DNA from: Geosiphon pyriformis uo1
Lineage: Eukaryota; Fungi; Glomeromycota
Reading direction: 5' to 3'
Assembly: GCA_016748015.1 (NCBI GenBank)
Contig: JAAOMT010000198.1
Coordinates: 418,797 to 482,796 of the forward strand
DNA length: 64,000 nucleotides
Shown here piece after piece: positions 49,738 through 61,915 of the stretch. The position numbers and the translations under genes are program-made. A model generated the notes under the pieces. It ran no database searches. It was not told the DNA's origin and saw nothing but the letters and a program-made list of their open reading frames with translations. Within the stretch, counting starts at the first letter, position 1; each line of letters starts with the position of its first letter.

Positions 49738-51570
49738 GGAAATGTACCAATTAACTTTATGGAGGAAGACAGTAACCAGGTAGAACTTATTTACACTGAC
49801 ACAGTTATCTCCATTTCCCCTTATCAACAATACCTCCTTAAGGTAAATTGAAAGGTCCAAGATCAAGCCCTGTTATTTGAAACTGATCTTGAAATCTGTT
49901 CTTTAGCCAATGTTGCTAACTTATATCTATCAGTCAAAGCCCATAAACACTTCAAAATCCCCATCCACAATCTTACAAAAGATGTGATTGAAATCTCTGA
50001 AGAAATTCTTATCAGTTCCATCTCACCAGACATTCAACATCCTGAAAAACTCCAGTCCATTCCAGATTTTGCACAGCTATTCTTATTTTGTAATATCATC
50101 TCACAAGTATGGAATTTGCCAAAAGAAAGTTACTTGTTTACACCAGAGGAGATCCATAAATTGAATTTAGAAAACTTAAGTACCCTACAACAAATGCAAC
50201 TCAAAGTCCTTCTGAATCAGTATGCTAATGTTTTTGCCAGCGAAAATAAGTTTGAACACACCAATATTGTAAAACATCAGATTAATATGGGAGATGCTTG
50301 ATCTATTAAACAATAAGCTTACCAAGTATCCCTATCTGGTGACAACCTTATCAAACAAAAAGCCCAATGAATGCTCAACAATGGCCTAATCAAAGAATCA
50401 TTAAGCCTTTGGTCTTTTCCAGTAGTCTTGGTTACCAAAAAAAATGGAAAGATGTGATTCTGTGTAGATTACTGAAAACTAAATAGTGTCATGTAAGGAG
50501 ATAGTTATCCTACTCCCCTCATCCAAGAAATTCTGGACAATCTAGAGAAAAAGAAATGGTTCTTGTTATTAGATTTAGCAAATGACTATTGGCAAGTTGA
50601 AATAGATCTCAAAGACAAAGAAAAAACAGTATTCACTATTCAAGACAGAAACTTCGAGTTTAATGTAATGTCTTTTGAACTCTGTAACACTTCCACCACA
50701 TTCTAGCACTTCATGGATATTGTATACAAAGAAATCCTGTGAAAATTAGTCATAATATATCTAGACAACACCAATGTCTTCTCTGAAATGTTTGATAATC
50801 ATTTGCTCTATTTGCAACAAATTTTCAAACACCTTTATAGTACTGGATTGAAACTCAATCCTGATAAATGTTTCTTTAGAAAAACCAAATTAAAGTTTCT
50901 AGGACATATAATTGGCAAAGATGAAGTCAAATCTGATCCAGATAAGATCCAAAAAGTCAAGGATTTTCCAGTCCCAATCAATCTTAGAGAATTATGAGAA
51001 TTTTTAGGATTGGCAGGCTATTATTGTCAATTTGTCAAAGGTTTCTTGAACATCACAAAACCACTCCATCATTTGTTGTCCAAATACATACTGTACTTGT
51101 AAAAGAAAGAGCAACAGAAAGCATTCAATTATCTCAAACAGCATTTGATCACATCTCTCATCCTGATTTATCCAGATTTTACTAAATGGTTCATTGTTGC
51201 TATGGACACCTCAAAAAATGCTTTAGAAGCAGTATTATCTCAGATAAAACCAGACAATAGAGAACATCCAATTGCCTATGCCAGTTGTAGCACAAGCCCA
51301 GCAGAAAAAAATTACAGCACAACAGATCTGGAATGCCTTGCCATTTATTGGGCCATACAGACTTGGAAACATTACCTCAGTCAACTATTTGACCTATATA
51401 CCGATCACAAAAGACTTATTTGGTTATTTAATAATTCATATTAGAAAAAAAATATGCGAGATAGAATAATTATCTGCAACAATTCCCACTCAAAGTCTAT
51501 TACAAGGAAAGATCCAAGAACACTAATGCCAACAGTTTGTCGAGGATGCCACAAACCTAATTCCAGACCC

Positions 51571-52917
51571 ATAGACACACTCGCTTATCAATGATTACAT
51601 CAGTACCTATCAATATTATGTTTCAAGGAGATATTATCTCAACAAGAATGAGGTACCATATGAAAACAAGACAACTAACTATATTGATGAGAATGTCAAA
51701 ACTGCCCCACCTCACAACAAGTTATAAAGAACAGTAAAAAGAAAACTATATTACATAATATACATTCTGATCCAACCACAGAACACTTTAACAAGAATGC
51801 TACCCTTGAAAGAACACTAAATTTATATTATTGGCCAACAATGTACAAAGACATTTTCAAATACATGCTTAATTGTGATGCATGCCAGTGAAGAGAAAGA
51901 GCAAAATCAACAAAACCACTTTGACTCATTCTAGTTGAAAATCCATTTGATAGAATTGGAATCGATTTGGTTGAACTTCTCTCAATTACATTCCAAAGAA
52001 ATTGCTATATTACTGTAGTCATAAACTATCTTACAAAATGGCCAGAAGCCAGAGCAATCTAAGTGGCTGACACCAAAACAGTAGCCAAATTTGTGCATCA
52101 AGACTTAATTTGCTGACATAGATGCCCGAAAGAATTATTATCTAATCAGAGAACACACTTTGTTAATAATACATTAACTGAACTAAGTCAATGGTTTGAA
52201 ATAAAGAGACCCTTATCGTCATTATACCACCCACAAATGAACAGACTGGTAGAACAATTTAACAGAACACTGTGCAAAGCACTAGTAAAAATAAGTCATA
52301 AAAACAGACAAGAATAAGACTTATTCATATCCTCTGTACTCTTGGCATACTGAACATTGAAACAAGATATGACTCAGTTCACACTGTTCAAACTAGTCTA
52401 TGGAAGAAAAACTATGTTACCAATTGAATGAGTGATACCATTATACCCAACAGAAACAATCAATGAAGAGAATTTTGAAGCTACCTTATACCAAAGAACA
52501 TACCAGCTAATAGAAACATTGGAAAACAATTGAAAAACAGCAGTTGACAATATTAATTATGCTCAAGAATAACAAAAAGAAAGACATGATAAATGTCTAG
52601 TAGAACAACCAATGGAATTCAAGATTGGAGACCAAGTACTATTACATTGTACAAAAGCTGAGAAACAGTAGAATGGAAAGTTCAACCCAAAGTGGGACAA
52701 TTTATTCTATATACATGAAGTATTAGGAAATAGAGCTTACAAATTATGATTGGAAGACAGAATTTTAAAGAAAATAGCACATAGAAATTGGTTAAAAATT
52801 TATCATGCAAAACAGGAATCATCATCATCAGTACCTTAACTAAGAACACAAATTTCATTAATCAGATTAGAAAATATACCATGAGATTTGGAACCAATTA
52901 TTGTCATCAAAACATAG
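51571..52917 (+). pseudogene. Integrase of F (separate ORF, start ATG decayed to ATA)
   Basis: HSDPTTEHF..YYWPTM..CDACQ, GIDL, YHPQ..LVEQFNRTL, ends LEPIIVIKT*. Confidence 0.85.
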
Positions 52918-52919
52918 AC

Positions 52920-53735
52920 AACATACAGCAAATTAAATTGGAGAATTCAAATATATATAGCATTCAAAAAGCAACAAAAAACAATAGAAATTTCAACATG
53001 GATTTTTCAGATCAAATTTTAAAATTATCTAAACAATTATTTAAAACAATTCAAAAATTGACATCTCAAATAGAAATTACAATTAATAAAAAAGAGATAA
53101 GATATAGAGATAAGAGGAAGAGAAAAATGGGCGAAAGTTCAACTAAAACTAACTGTTCCCATCCCTACACTCTGCCCAAAAAAGAAATTTTACAAAAAAA
53201 AATTAATTCATTTTGGGCGGGGCTTGAAAAAAGCATAAAGGAATGAGAATTATTTTATAAAAGAAGATACTTGGTCCCCGAGCTCGAAGATATAAAAAAA
53301 GCTTTAGTTCATGGGACCAAACTCCCCAAAATAAGGGAGTGGACACCTGACAATGCCCAGGAATGGAAAGAAAAACTTCCTCCAGCATATTGGTTCTACA
53401 AAATTGGTAAACAACTAGATTTGAAGACATCATATGAAGACCTCAGCCAGAAAACTTTCAATAAAGAAGCAATGCAACAAGTAGAAAAATTCATAGGAAG
53501 AAGCAACCTGACCCTATGCTACAAAGCAGCATACTGATTATATGTCACTTTCCAACATTGTCCAAACATACTGCTGTATAGATCTATAAAGATGATAACA
53601 GTTAACAACATAGGATAAATTATCAATCAACAGTTCGAAGATCTATGAAAAACAATACTTGACACAACAATCAAACATTACATAAACGAAGACATAGGAA
53701 CAGATACATATGATTTTGCAGGAGCTCAATTCTAA
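52920..53735 (+). pseudogene. ORF3 of F
   Basis: ORF fragments 52788-53246 and 53271-53537; ends DFAGAQF*. Confidence 0.72.
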
Positions 53736-53749
53736 AAAGAGAGGAATAA

Positions 53750-54789
53750 TGTTATCCAAGTAGAAAAACTGATCCAAAGTTATAAAAAAACGTGACCAGA
53801 ACATGACATAATACAGAATAGCATGCAATAACATTGAATAATGTGTTATAATTTAGGATAGCATACAATAACATTGAATAACATGTTATAACTTAGGATA
53901 GTGCAAGATAATGTGTTACAACATGGGATAACACAAAATAACACTAGATAATGTGTTATAACATAGGATAACTAATAATAACATAGAAGAACAAAGCAAT
54001 AACAGAAATAACAAAGCAATAGTTAGCAATAACAAAACAATCAAAAGCAATTCTATAAAACCAAAAGAATGTATAAAAGTAAGTAGTAATAGAAAATAGA
54101 AAAAAGAACAGATAGATATGAACCACTAGACAAGAAACAAATATCTATTACCTCTCCTCATTTATTATATTTCTATATTTATTTTCTGAAATAAATCAAT
54201 TATTAAAGAAATCAGAATCACGAATTCATGTTCTCAAACTGTGTGGAATTTATGTGAATTAACTATTGTTTTGTATTTTTGTTTTAGAACAGATGCTTTT
54301 AGCATAACCACCTTGAACTATTAACAATTTGGACCAATTGCTCTTGATCACAGCAATTGACAATACTAATTTATCTTTTTCTTTTTTTTCTTTTTTATTT
54401 TCTTTTGTAAAGTGGCAACATAATAAAATTGACTGTCTGGGAATAGACTTTGTAATAGCCTGGTAAAAGAGAAAGACTTCTTTTAGGTTTTGAATATTAA
54501 CATTATCTTGTTAGCTTATCAGAAGGGCAAAAAAACACCACCAGACCCTAACAATTGTGCTTGTTAACTTGGAGAAGAAAGCACATTTACAGAAGATATT
54601 GCAATTGACGAAAAACAAACTCTGTGTCTTATAATCAAAAAACTCAACAGGTAAATTTACATCCAGAAATAGATCTTCAAAGACTGATAATCGAGACTAA
54701 GCCAACAGAATTACATGGAAAACACATCACCAATAATTGAGAGCATCAAATGTTATCATCTTCATTACCCACCAAGTTTATCCATAACA
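53750..54789 (+). repeat. 3' LTR of F
   Basis: Follows PPT AAAAAGAGAGGAATAA; direct repeat of the 5' LTR. Confidence 0.95.
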
Positions 54790-57334
54790 GCATCCTAAGT
54801 AAGTAGTAACTGTTTCATTTTCTTCTTGCTTGATGGTGGTAAAAGTGTTTGCCAAATAATTGATGCTATTATTATTACTAAAGTATTGTAAGAATGCAAG
54901 CTTGAATGCATTGAAATCTTGGGGTTTGTTGGCTAGACTTTGATACCATGAATTGGCAATATCTTGGAGAAAGTAAGAGATGGCTTGGAGAGCTCTTGCA
55001 TCATTTCATCTATTTGCTGTGATGGCCTTTTTAATATCATTAAGCCATATTTGGGTATCGTCTTTTTCGCTGGTAAACTTTTCAAGTTTTGCTATTGGAG
55101 TGTAGACCATTAGATCCAAATTCAATTGTTGTGGTTTTGGTTGTTGCAATGGCTGTTGAGGTTGTTGAAGCAGTGATTGAATAGGTTGCTAAAGTGGCTG
55201 TGGTGGAATTGGTTTTAGTATCAGTACAATTGGTGGCTGATTGATGATGATTATTGGAGATAAGTTTCTCTGATTAATTAACTCAGAATTTAAATTATTT
55301 GGAGTTTGCTGGGTTTGAATATTCAGAGTTTCAATTTCTGGATTCTCTGTAATCGGATTCTGGTAAGTAAATTCCTGATTTTCAGCTTTTTTTTTTTCCT
55401 TCTCTTCTGATTCTGTTATTTTCCAGGGATTTGCATTTCCAAAATCTGGTTAAGGTGACAGTAATCGGAAATTTGATAGCATTGGCAATCGCGATTTAAA
55501 TTCTTCAAAATATTTGCCATATGGTTCTAGTAACTCTGCTCTTTTTTGTTTACTTTGGAATGGGAATTGTCCAAAGGTTGATGTCGTATTTAATGTGGAC
55601 ACATCTGCTAATGATATATTGATAACACTTCTTAGTATATAATGGTATAATGGATTGGTTGGTGATTCAACTCTGGTTTTCTTCCAAGTGGGTGGTTGTA
55701 TCTTTTTGGGTGTTACCGCTGGTGTTTACAATCTTTCTTTGCCTTTGTTTGCATAAGTGATAGAGAATTGTTGTTGAGTGTACCTTTTAATGATTTGATT
55801 GATTTCCCTGATAATTGGTACAAAACTGTGGTTTCTTGGTAAGCTGGTATGTTGAAATAATTCTGTATAGAAATTTTCTCTTGTGGATTCAATGTTAACT
55901 GTTTCTCCTAAGCAGTTTGTGATTTTATCATTGACATAAAAGTTAAAGGCTAATTCTGTTGGGAAATGGTTGTTGTTTAATCCTAACTGTTGGCTGTATT
56001 GTTGAAACAAGAATTTGGCAAATTCTAAATGGTTTGCTTCTATATTTCTAATTCTGTCACTTTTGGATAATTGTTGTTGGTGCTGGTTCTCTGTAGGATT
56101 ATACTTCACAGGAAGCACCAAATGTTACAGGTGATTATTTGAGGTCTCAAAGCAAATAACAAACCCATAACTTGGTGCTTGATAGATGATGTTTGTAATG
56201 TCTAAAGATGTTTTGATCTGAAGGTTTTGATTGGAGTTCTTTGTATAATGGACAGAAATTTCCATGTTATTTTATCCATAGCTTCTCAGAATTGCAATTC
56301 TGTCAATTTTTTTCTTGATGTGGTGGCCAGCAATTCTCTGATAAGCAATTCGTAATTCTTATGCATTCTACCCACTTATAGGGGTCTTTTACCAGGCAAT
56401 CTTTGATGTCAATACTTAGTGCTTAATCCTCAATCAATTAGTATACCCAACAAAATAAGAACAAAATAAAAGAGATAAAAAATAAAGACAATAAGCCAAG
56501 GCAATATAAGTTAGTATCCTATTAATAGCCATGATCAAGAGCTATTGTTTCTGTGTGTTTTAAGTCTCAATTATTATTACCATTTAGGATTAATAGTGAA
56601 CAACTGGATTTGAGATGCTAAATAAGTATATTTATTGATATTTTGGAATGCTATGGTTTCTAACTGGTGTTACAAGTGACAATTTTTGGTGTTGAATTAA
56701 ATATGAACCTGTAACTTGGTGCTTAAAGCTATTCTCATTGTCAATGATCTGAAGGTTTGGTATCTGAAGATTTTGTATCTGAAGAGTTTGGTTGAGTTTT
56801 TTGTATAATAGACAGAGATTCAATGATGATAGTTTTTTTTATAGCTTCCCGAAACTGCAGTTTCATCAATTTTTTTCTTAGCTTAATGGCTGGTATTTCT
56901 CCTGGTAAGCTATCCTCAATCGAGTGTTCTACTCTTATTTCTAGGTCTTTTACCAGTCATGTTTATCCTGACATTAGTGTCCTGCACGTTAATCCTCAAT
57001 AAAGTTAGTAAACAACAATAAAATCAAAGCAAGAAAATAAAGAAAAGAAAATAAAATAAAGAAAGAAAAGAAATAAGCCAAAACAATTTTGCAAGTTAGT
57101 ATTCTGTCAATAGCCATGATCAAGAGCTATTGTTCCAGTGTGGTTAAGTATCAATTACTATCAACACTTCATGTTGATAGTGAAAATGGGTTTAAGATAA
57201 CAAATAGTTATTTATTAGATGATTGTAATTTGGAGAGTTGCTTAGATTAAATCTAAACTAAGAGGTCTGTCTTTTCAGCTTCTAATCCTGCTGCTATATA
57301 TACATAATTGAGATTCCTCAATTTCTCAATTCTT

Positions 57335-57474
57335 TATGACAGGAATCCTGGAATTCTTGGAATCCTGCAATTCCTTTGAGAGGAATCCTGGAATTCTGGA
57401 ATCCTACGATTCCTTATCAGAGAATCCTGAAATTCCTGGAATCCTGCAATTCCTGAGAGGAATCCTGGAATTCC
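57335..57474 (-). repeat. U3 tandem array of H (GGAATCCT/GGAATTCC units)
   Basis: Repeated ggaatcctggaattc units upstream of the TATA box. Confidence 0.85.
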
Positions 57475-60400
57475 ACATTTACTATGCCTACTTTTGATTG
57501 GCTAATAATCATGCTAATATATTTTTTATATTTCTATGAGTAACATTATTTCCTCCTTTTAATATTGAGCTCTGTCGAAATCCAACTCATTTAATTCCCC
57601 TTCTTGAAGTATTTCCTGAATTTCGTTTTTGAGAATTACTTGTGTTATTTGGGTCTGTAATTCTTCAAATTGAGCATTGGTGATCTTTTCCAATTGATTA
57701 CTGGTAACTATATCCATTGCTTTGTTGAGTAATATTTCTGGTCTATCCTGAAATGCTGTGTGTATTCAGTATATAGCTTGGGCCTGTGTGAATAAGTTGT
57801 TCTTTCTCACAAAATGTTCTAATTGTTGTAGTATTTTTTTGTCGAATAATCACTTTGTTTTATTCATATATAGATTCTGGATATTTACGTGTTGTCTTAA
57901 GTAAAAATAACAATAGTTTTGTGGAAATTGTTGTATCCACCAATTCCAAGTTTCTTTAGTCAACTCTTAATATAGTGACTCTTTTGTCGACTCTCTTATT
58001 GCTAATTTTACTTTTGCAATGATTTTGTCCACAGTATTTTCAGTTTTCTTCTGTGTTCTGGGTTGCAATGTCTTTCTAGTATCTTGATATCGAATGGTTT
58101 GTTAATTGATTGTAATCTCTATTTCCTGGTGTTGGATCAATTGAAAGAGTTGTTGTGTTAGTAAGTGAATGTTGTCTGTAATTTCTATTTTTCTGATATT
58201 TTTTGTCACGTCTACCATGTCTTTATATATTTTTTTAATGAATTAATTTGATGTGTTGTTGTCAATAATAATGATTGGTTCCAGATCTCGTGGAATTTGA
58301 TCTGGTTGGACTAATATTCTCTGTACTCTTAATTGTGGAATATTACTGGTGAATGGTAGTATGGTGTTGTGGTATGGTTTTAGTCGATCTTTATGTGCTG
58401 CTTTGGTTAAGATTTTGTTGTCCAGTCTTAATTTGTAAGCTCTATTTCCTAGAATTTTTTTTATGTGAAATGGTCTATCCCATTTGGGGTCAAATTTTCT
58501 ACTTTATTGTTTTTTCACTTTGGTACAATGTAAAATTACTTTGTCTTCAATCTTGAATTCAACTGGTTTGTCTAGTAGTTGATCATCATGTCTTTTTTTC
58601 TGTTTCTCTTGTAACTTTTGTATGTTATTAGCTGCTCTTTTTTGTTTGTTTTCCAATGTTTCCATTAAGTCATATGTTTTTCTTAACAATGTTTCTTGGA
58701 AATTTTCTTCTGTTATTGGTTCAATTGGATATGTGTTGACCTCTATCTCCACTGGTAATGTTGCTGTTCTACCGTATATTAATTCAAATGGTGTTGCTTG
58801 TGTAATGTCTTGCTTCATTGTTCAATAAGCAAATAGTACTGATAGTATTAACACATCTCAATCATTCTGGTTTTCTTGACTGAGCTTAACTATTGCTTCA
58901 CACAATGTTCTGTTGAATTTTTTGACTAATCCGTTGGCTTGTGGATGATATGGTAATAATAGTGGTCTCTTAATTCCGAATCTTTGGCTCAATTCTGTTA
59001 ATGTTTTGTTCACAAAATGAGTTTCTTGGTCTGATAATAATTTCTTTGGACATCTGTGTTGACAAATTAAATCTTGATGAATGAATTTGGCAATGGATTC
59101 TGCATCTGCTCTTTGAATTGCTTTCACCTCTGGCCATTTAGTGAGATAGTCCATGGCTACTGCTATGTACCTGTTTCCTCCTCTGGTGATTGTTAATGGT
59201 CTGACTAAATCAATTCCAATACAGTCAAATGGTTGTCCCACTTTGATTGGTCTTAATGGTTCACTGGATTTTGTTCCTTCTCTTTGCTAACAAGCATCAC
59301 AATTTTGAACATATTGGATGATGTCTGGATACATTGATGACCAATAGTATCTTTTTCTGGTTTTTTCCATGGTTGCTTTTTTGTGAAAGTGTCCTGCTGT
59401 TGGATTTAAGTGTATGTTGAATAATATTGTCTCTTTTTCTGGCTCTGTAATTACTCTGGTTGGTTGCTTTAGCTTTCTTCTATTTTTCTGATAAAGTATA
59501 TTTTGGTGAGTGATAAAATATTTTGATTGTTGTTTAATACTCTTTCATTCTGTTTGAGATAAATTTTTCTTGAACTGTTGAGTGTTTATGTAATGTTGCA
59601 GTTGTTGATATTTTTGTATGTTCATCTTTTGTTATATTTTTTGTTGGTATTGTTCTGGTTTTGTTATATTTTGGGTTGAAATGTTCTTAGATTTGTCTTA
59701 TTCACGACAAACTGTCAGCATTTCCATTGTCTTTTCCCTTTTTATAATGTATAGTATAATTATATGATGCGAGTGCTATTTTCCATCTTGACTGTCTTCT
59801 ATCTCCAAATTCTTGTTTTTGAAGTGATGTTAATTCTTTGTGATCTGTGTATACTTCAAACTTCTGGCTCAAGTATTCTTTCCATTTCATGACTGCCCAG
59901 TATATCACTAAGTGTTCTTGTTCTGGTGTTCCATAGTTCTTTTCGGCTGGTATTAAACCTCTGCTAACATATGCTACTGGATGTTCTCTGCCATCTGGTC
60001 CTCTCTGAGATAGTACTGCTCCCAATGCTTGGCCAGATGCATCAGTAGTGATGATGAATGATTTGCTGTGATCTGAATAAATCAGTACTGAAGCTTGGAT
60101 GAGCTTTCTTTTCAGAATATCAAAAGCTTCTTGTTAACTTTCTGTCCATTCATATTTTGTATTTTTGTTTTGCAGTTGGTTGAGTGGCTGTGCTATCTTG
60201 GAGAAGTTTTTGATAAAATGTCGATAGTAGCTGGCAAATCCCAAAAATAATTTCAGTTCTGTTATATTGGTCAGCACTAAAGAGTTCTTTACTATCTCTA
60301 TTTTCTCTGGATCCATTTTGATGCCATCTTTGCTAACTATGTGTTCCAAGAATTTTAGTTCTGTTTTGCTGAAAAAACACTTTGTTATATTTAACTTTAG

Positions 60401-61518
60401 TCCTGCTCTTCTTAGTTTTTCAAACACTTATTGAAGATGATAAAAATGATCATCAAATATTTTTGAGAACACATTGGTGTCATCTAAGTATACAACTACT
60501 GATTTCCACAATAAGCCAGTATAAACAATTTCCATTAGCTGTTGGAAAGTAGCTGGTACGTTGGTTAAGCCAAATGACATAACTTCAAACTCAAAGTTTC
60601 CTTCTCTTGTGGTGAATGCCATTTTTTCTTTGTTGGCTGGATCCATGACTACTTGCCAATAACTACTATCTAAGTCTAATGTTGAGAACCATTTGTTTCC
60701 ACCAAAAGCATTGAATAGTTTTTGTATCCATGGAGTTAGATAGCTGTCTCCATGAGTTATACTATTTAGTTTCCTGTAGTCTACACAAAATCGGATCTTT
60801 CTATTCTTCTTATGGACAAGTACTACTGGTGATGACTATGGGCTCATTGATGGCTGAATTAATCCATTGTCAAGCATTCGGTTAATCTCTTGACAGATGA
60901 TTTCATGGCTGGCTGGTAGTACTCTGTATGCTCACTGTTTGATTGGCATTGCATCTCCAGTCATGATTTGATGTTAAATAATATCAGTTCTGCCAAATTT
61001 GTTTTTGCTAACAAAGATGTCATTGAAATTGTTGAGTAACATCTTGAGCTGCATATGTTGTAGTGGGTCTAGATTTCCCATGTTCATTTGTTTTAATTGT
61101 TCTGGTTAAAGCAAATAACATTCGTCTTGTCCATAGATTGTTTGTGATGTGATGTCAACATATTCACAAAGCTGTGGAAAGTCTGGAATGGAGTTTGGTG
61201 GTTAATTTTCTATTTCAGTGTTTAAGTATCCCATGGTGGTTCTGGATGGTATTACTATAACATTTTTTGTGTTGTTGTAGATGGGAATTTTGATGTGGCT
61301 GTAATCTTTGGCTGGTATGTGGAGATTAATGAATCCAATCTCTCCTGATTCGCAAAGGGTCAGTTCTGTTTCAAAAATCTGATTCTGTTCTTTTTCTTTC
61401 CTTTCTATTGCTAGCATGTACTGGCTATATAATAGAATAGAAATAGCTTGACTGGTTGAGATAATTTTTCCTTGGCCAACAATTTCTTTCTCTGTCATAT
61501 TAACTGGTACATCTATTC

Positions 61519-61915
61519 TACCCATTAATCCAAATCCTTGTATCCCTCTTGCTGTTATTCCTAATTCATTTCTTGTTTTTATTGACACTAAGCTAGCTAC
61601 TTTGACTAGTGGCAGGAATATGGCCTGTGCTATCTTTTCATTTGGCTCAATAGTATAAGTTTTTTCTGAGTCATTTTGTAGCATGGCACTGATATTTTCT
61701 GTATATCCTGCATCCACTATTCCCTCTCTAATATTAATTCCTTTTTTCACTAAACTACTCCTAAACACTAACAGAACCATGGTTGTTGCTGGGATCTCTA
61801 GAGCTATTCTCAGATTAATGCATACTTGTGCATTTGGCTCCAATTTGATGGCATTTTTTCCTGGATATTTCAGATCAAACCCTACATCAGTATCATGTGC
61901 GCGTTCTGGCATAAT
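61519..61915 (-). pseudogene. dUTPase domain of H (all five motifs, open frame)
   Basis: DVGFDL, RSSL, GIVDAGYTENI, EKIAQAIF, RGIQGFGLMG within ORF 61202-62263. Confidence 0.9.

Larger units (their letters stand above)
44793..54789 (+). mobile_element. Element F: full-length (~10 kb) dUTPase Ty3/Gypsy retrotransposon with 4-bp TSD GCAT
   Basis: LTRs 44793-45778 and 53750-54789 (TGTTA..ATAACA); PBS 45781-45797; gag (KLEKFSSE, CYYCQKPRHIIWDC); PR; dUTPase; RT/RH; IN; ORF3; PPT; GCAT at 44789-44792 and 54790-54793. Confidence 0.95.
44196..56667 (-). mobile_element. Element G: partial 5' LTR (56123-56667), PBS (56104-56120) and gag (56121-54790 + 44792-44196), split by F; fused to I by deletion
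   Basis: Removing F restores ETVTTYLGCFHRNLHQIQAIQTDYF; the LTR matches the B 3' LTR. Confidence 0.87.
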
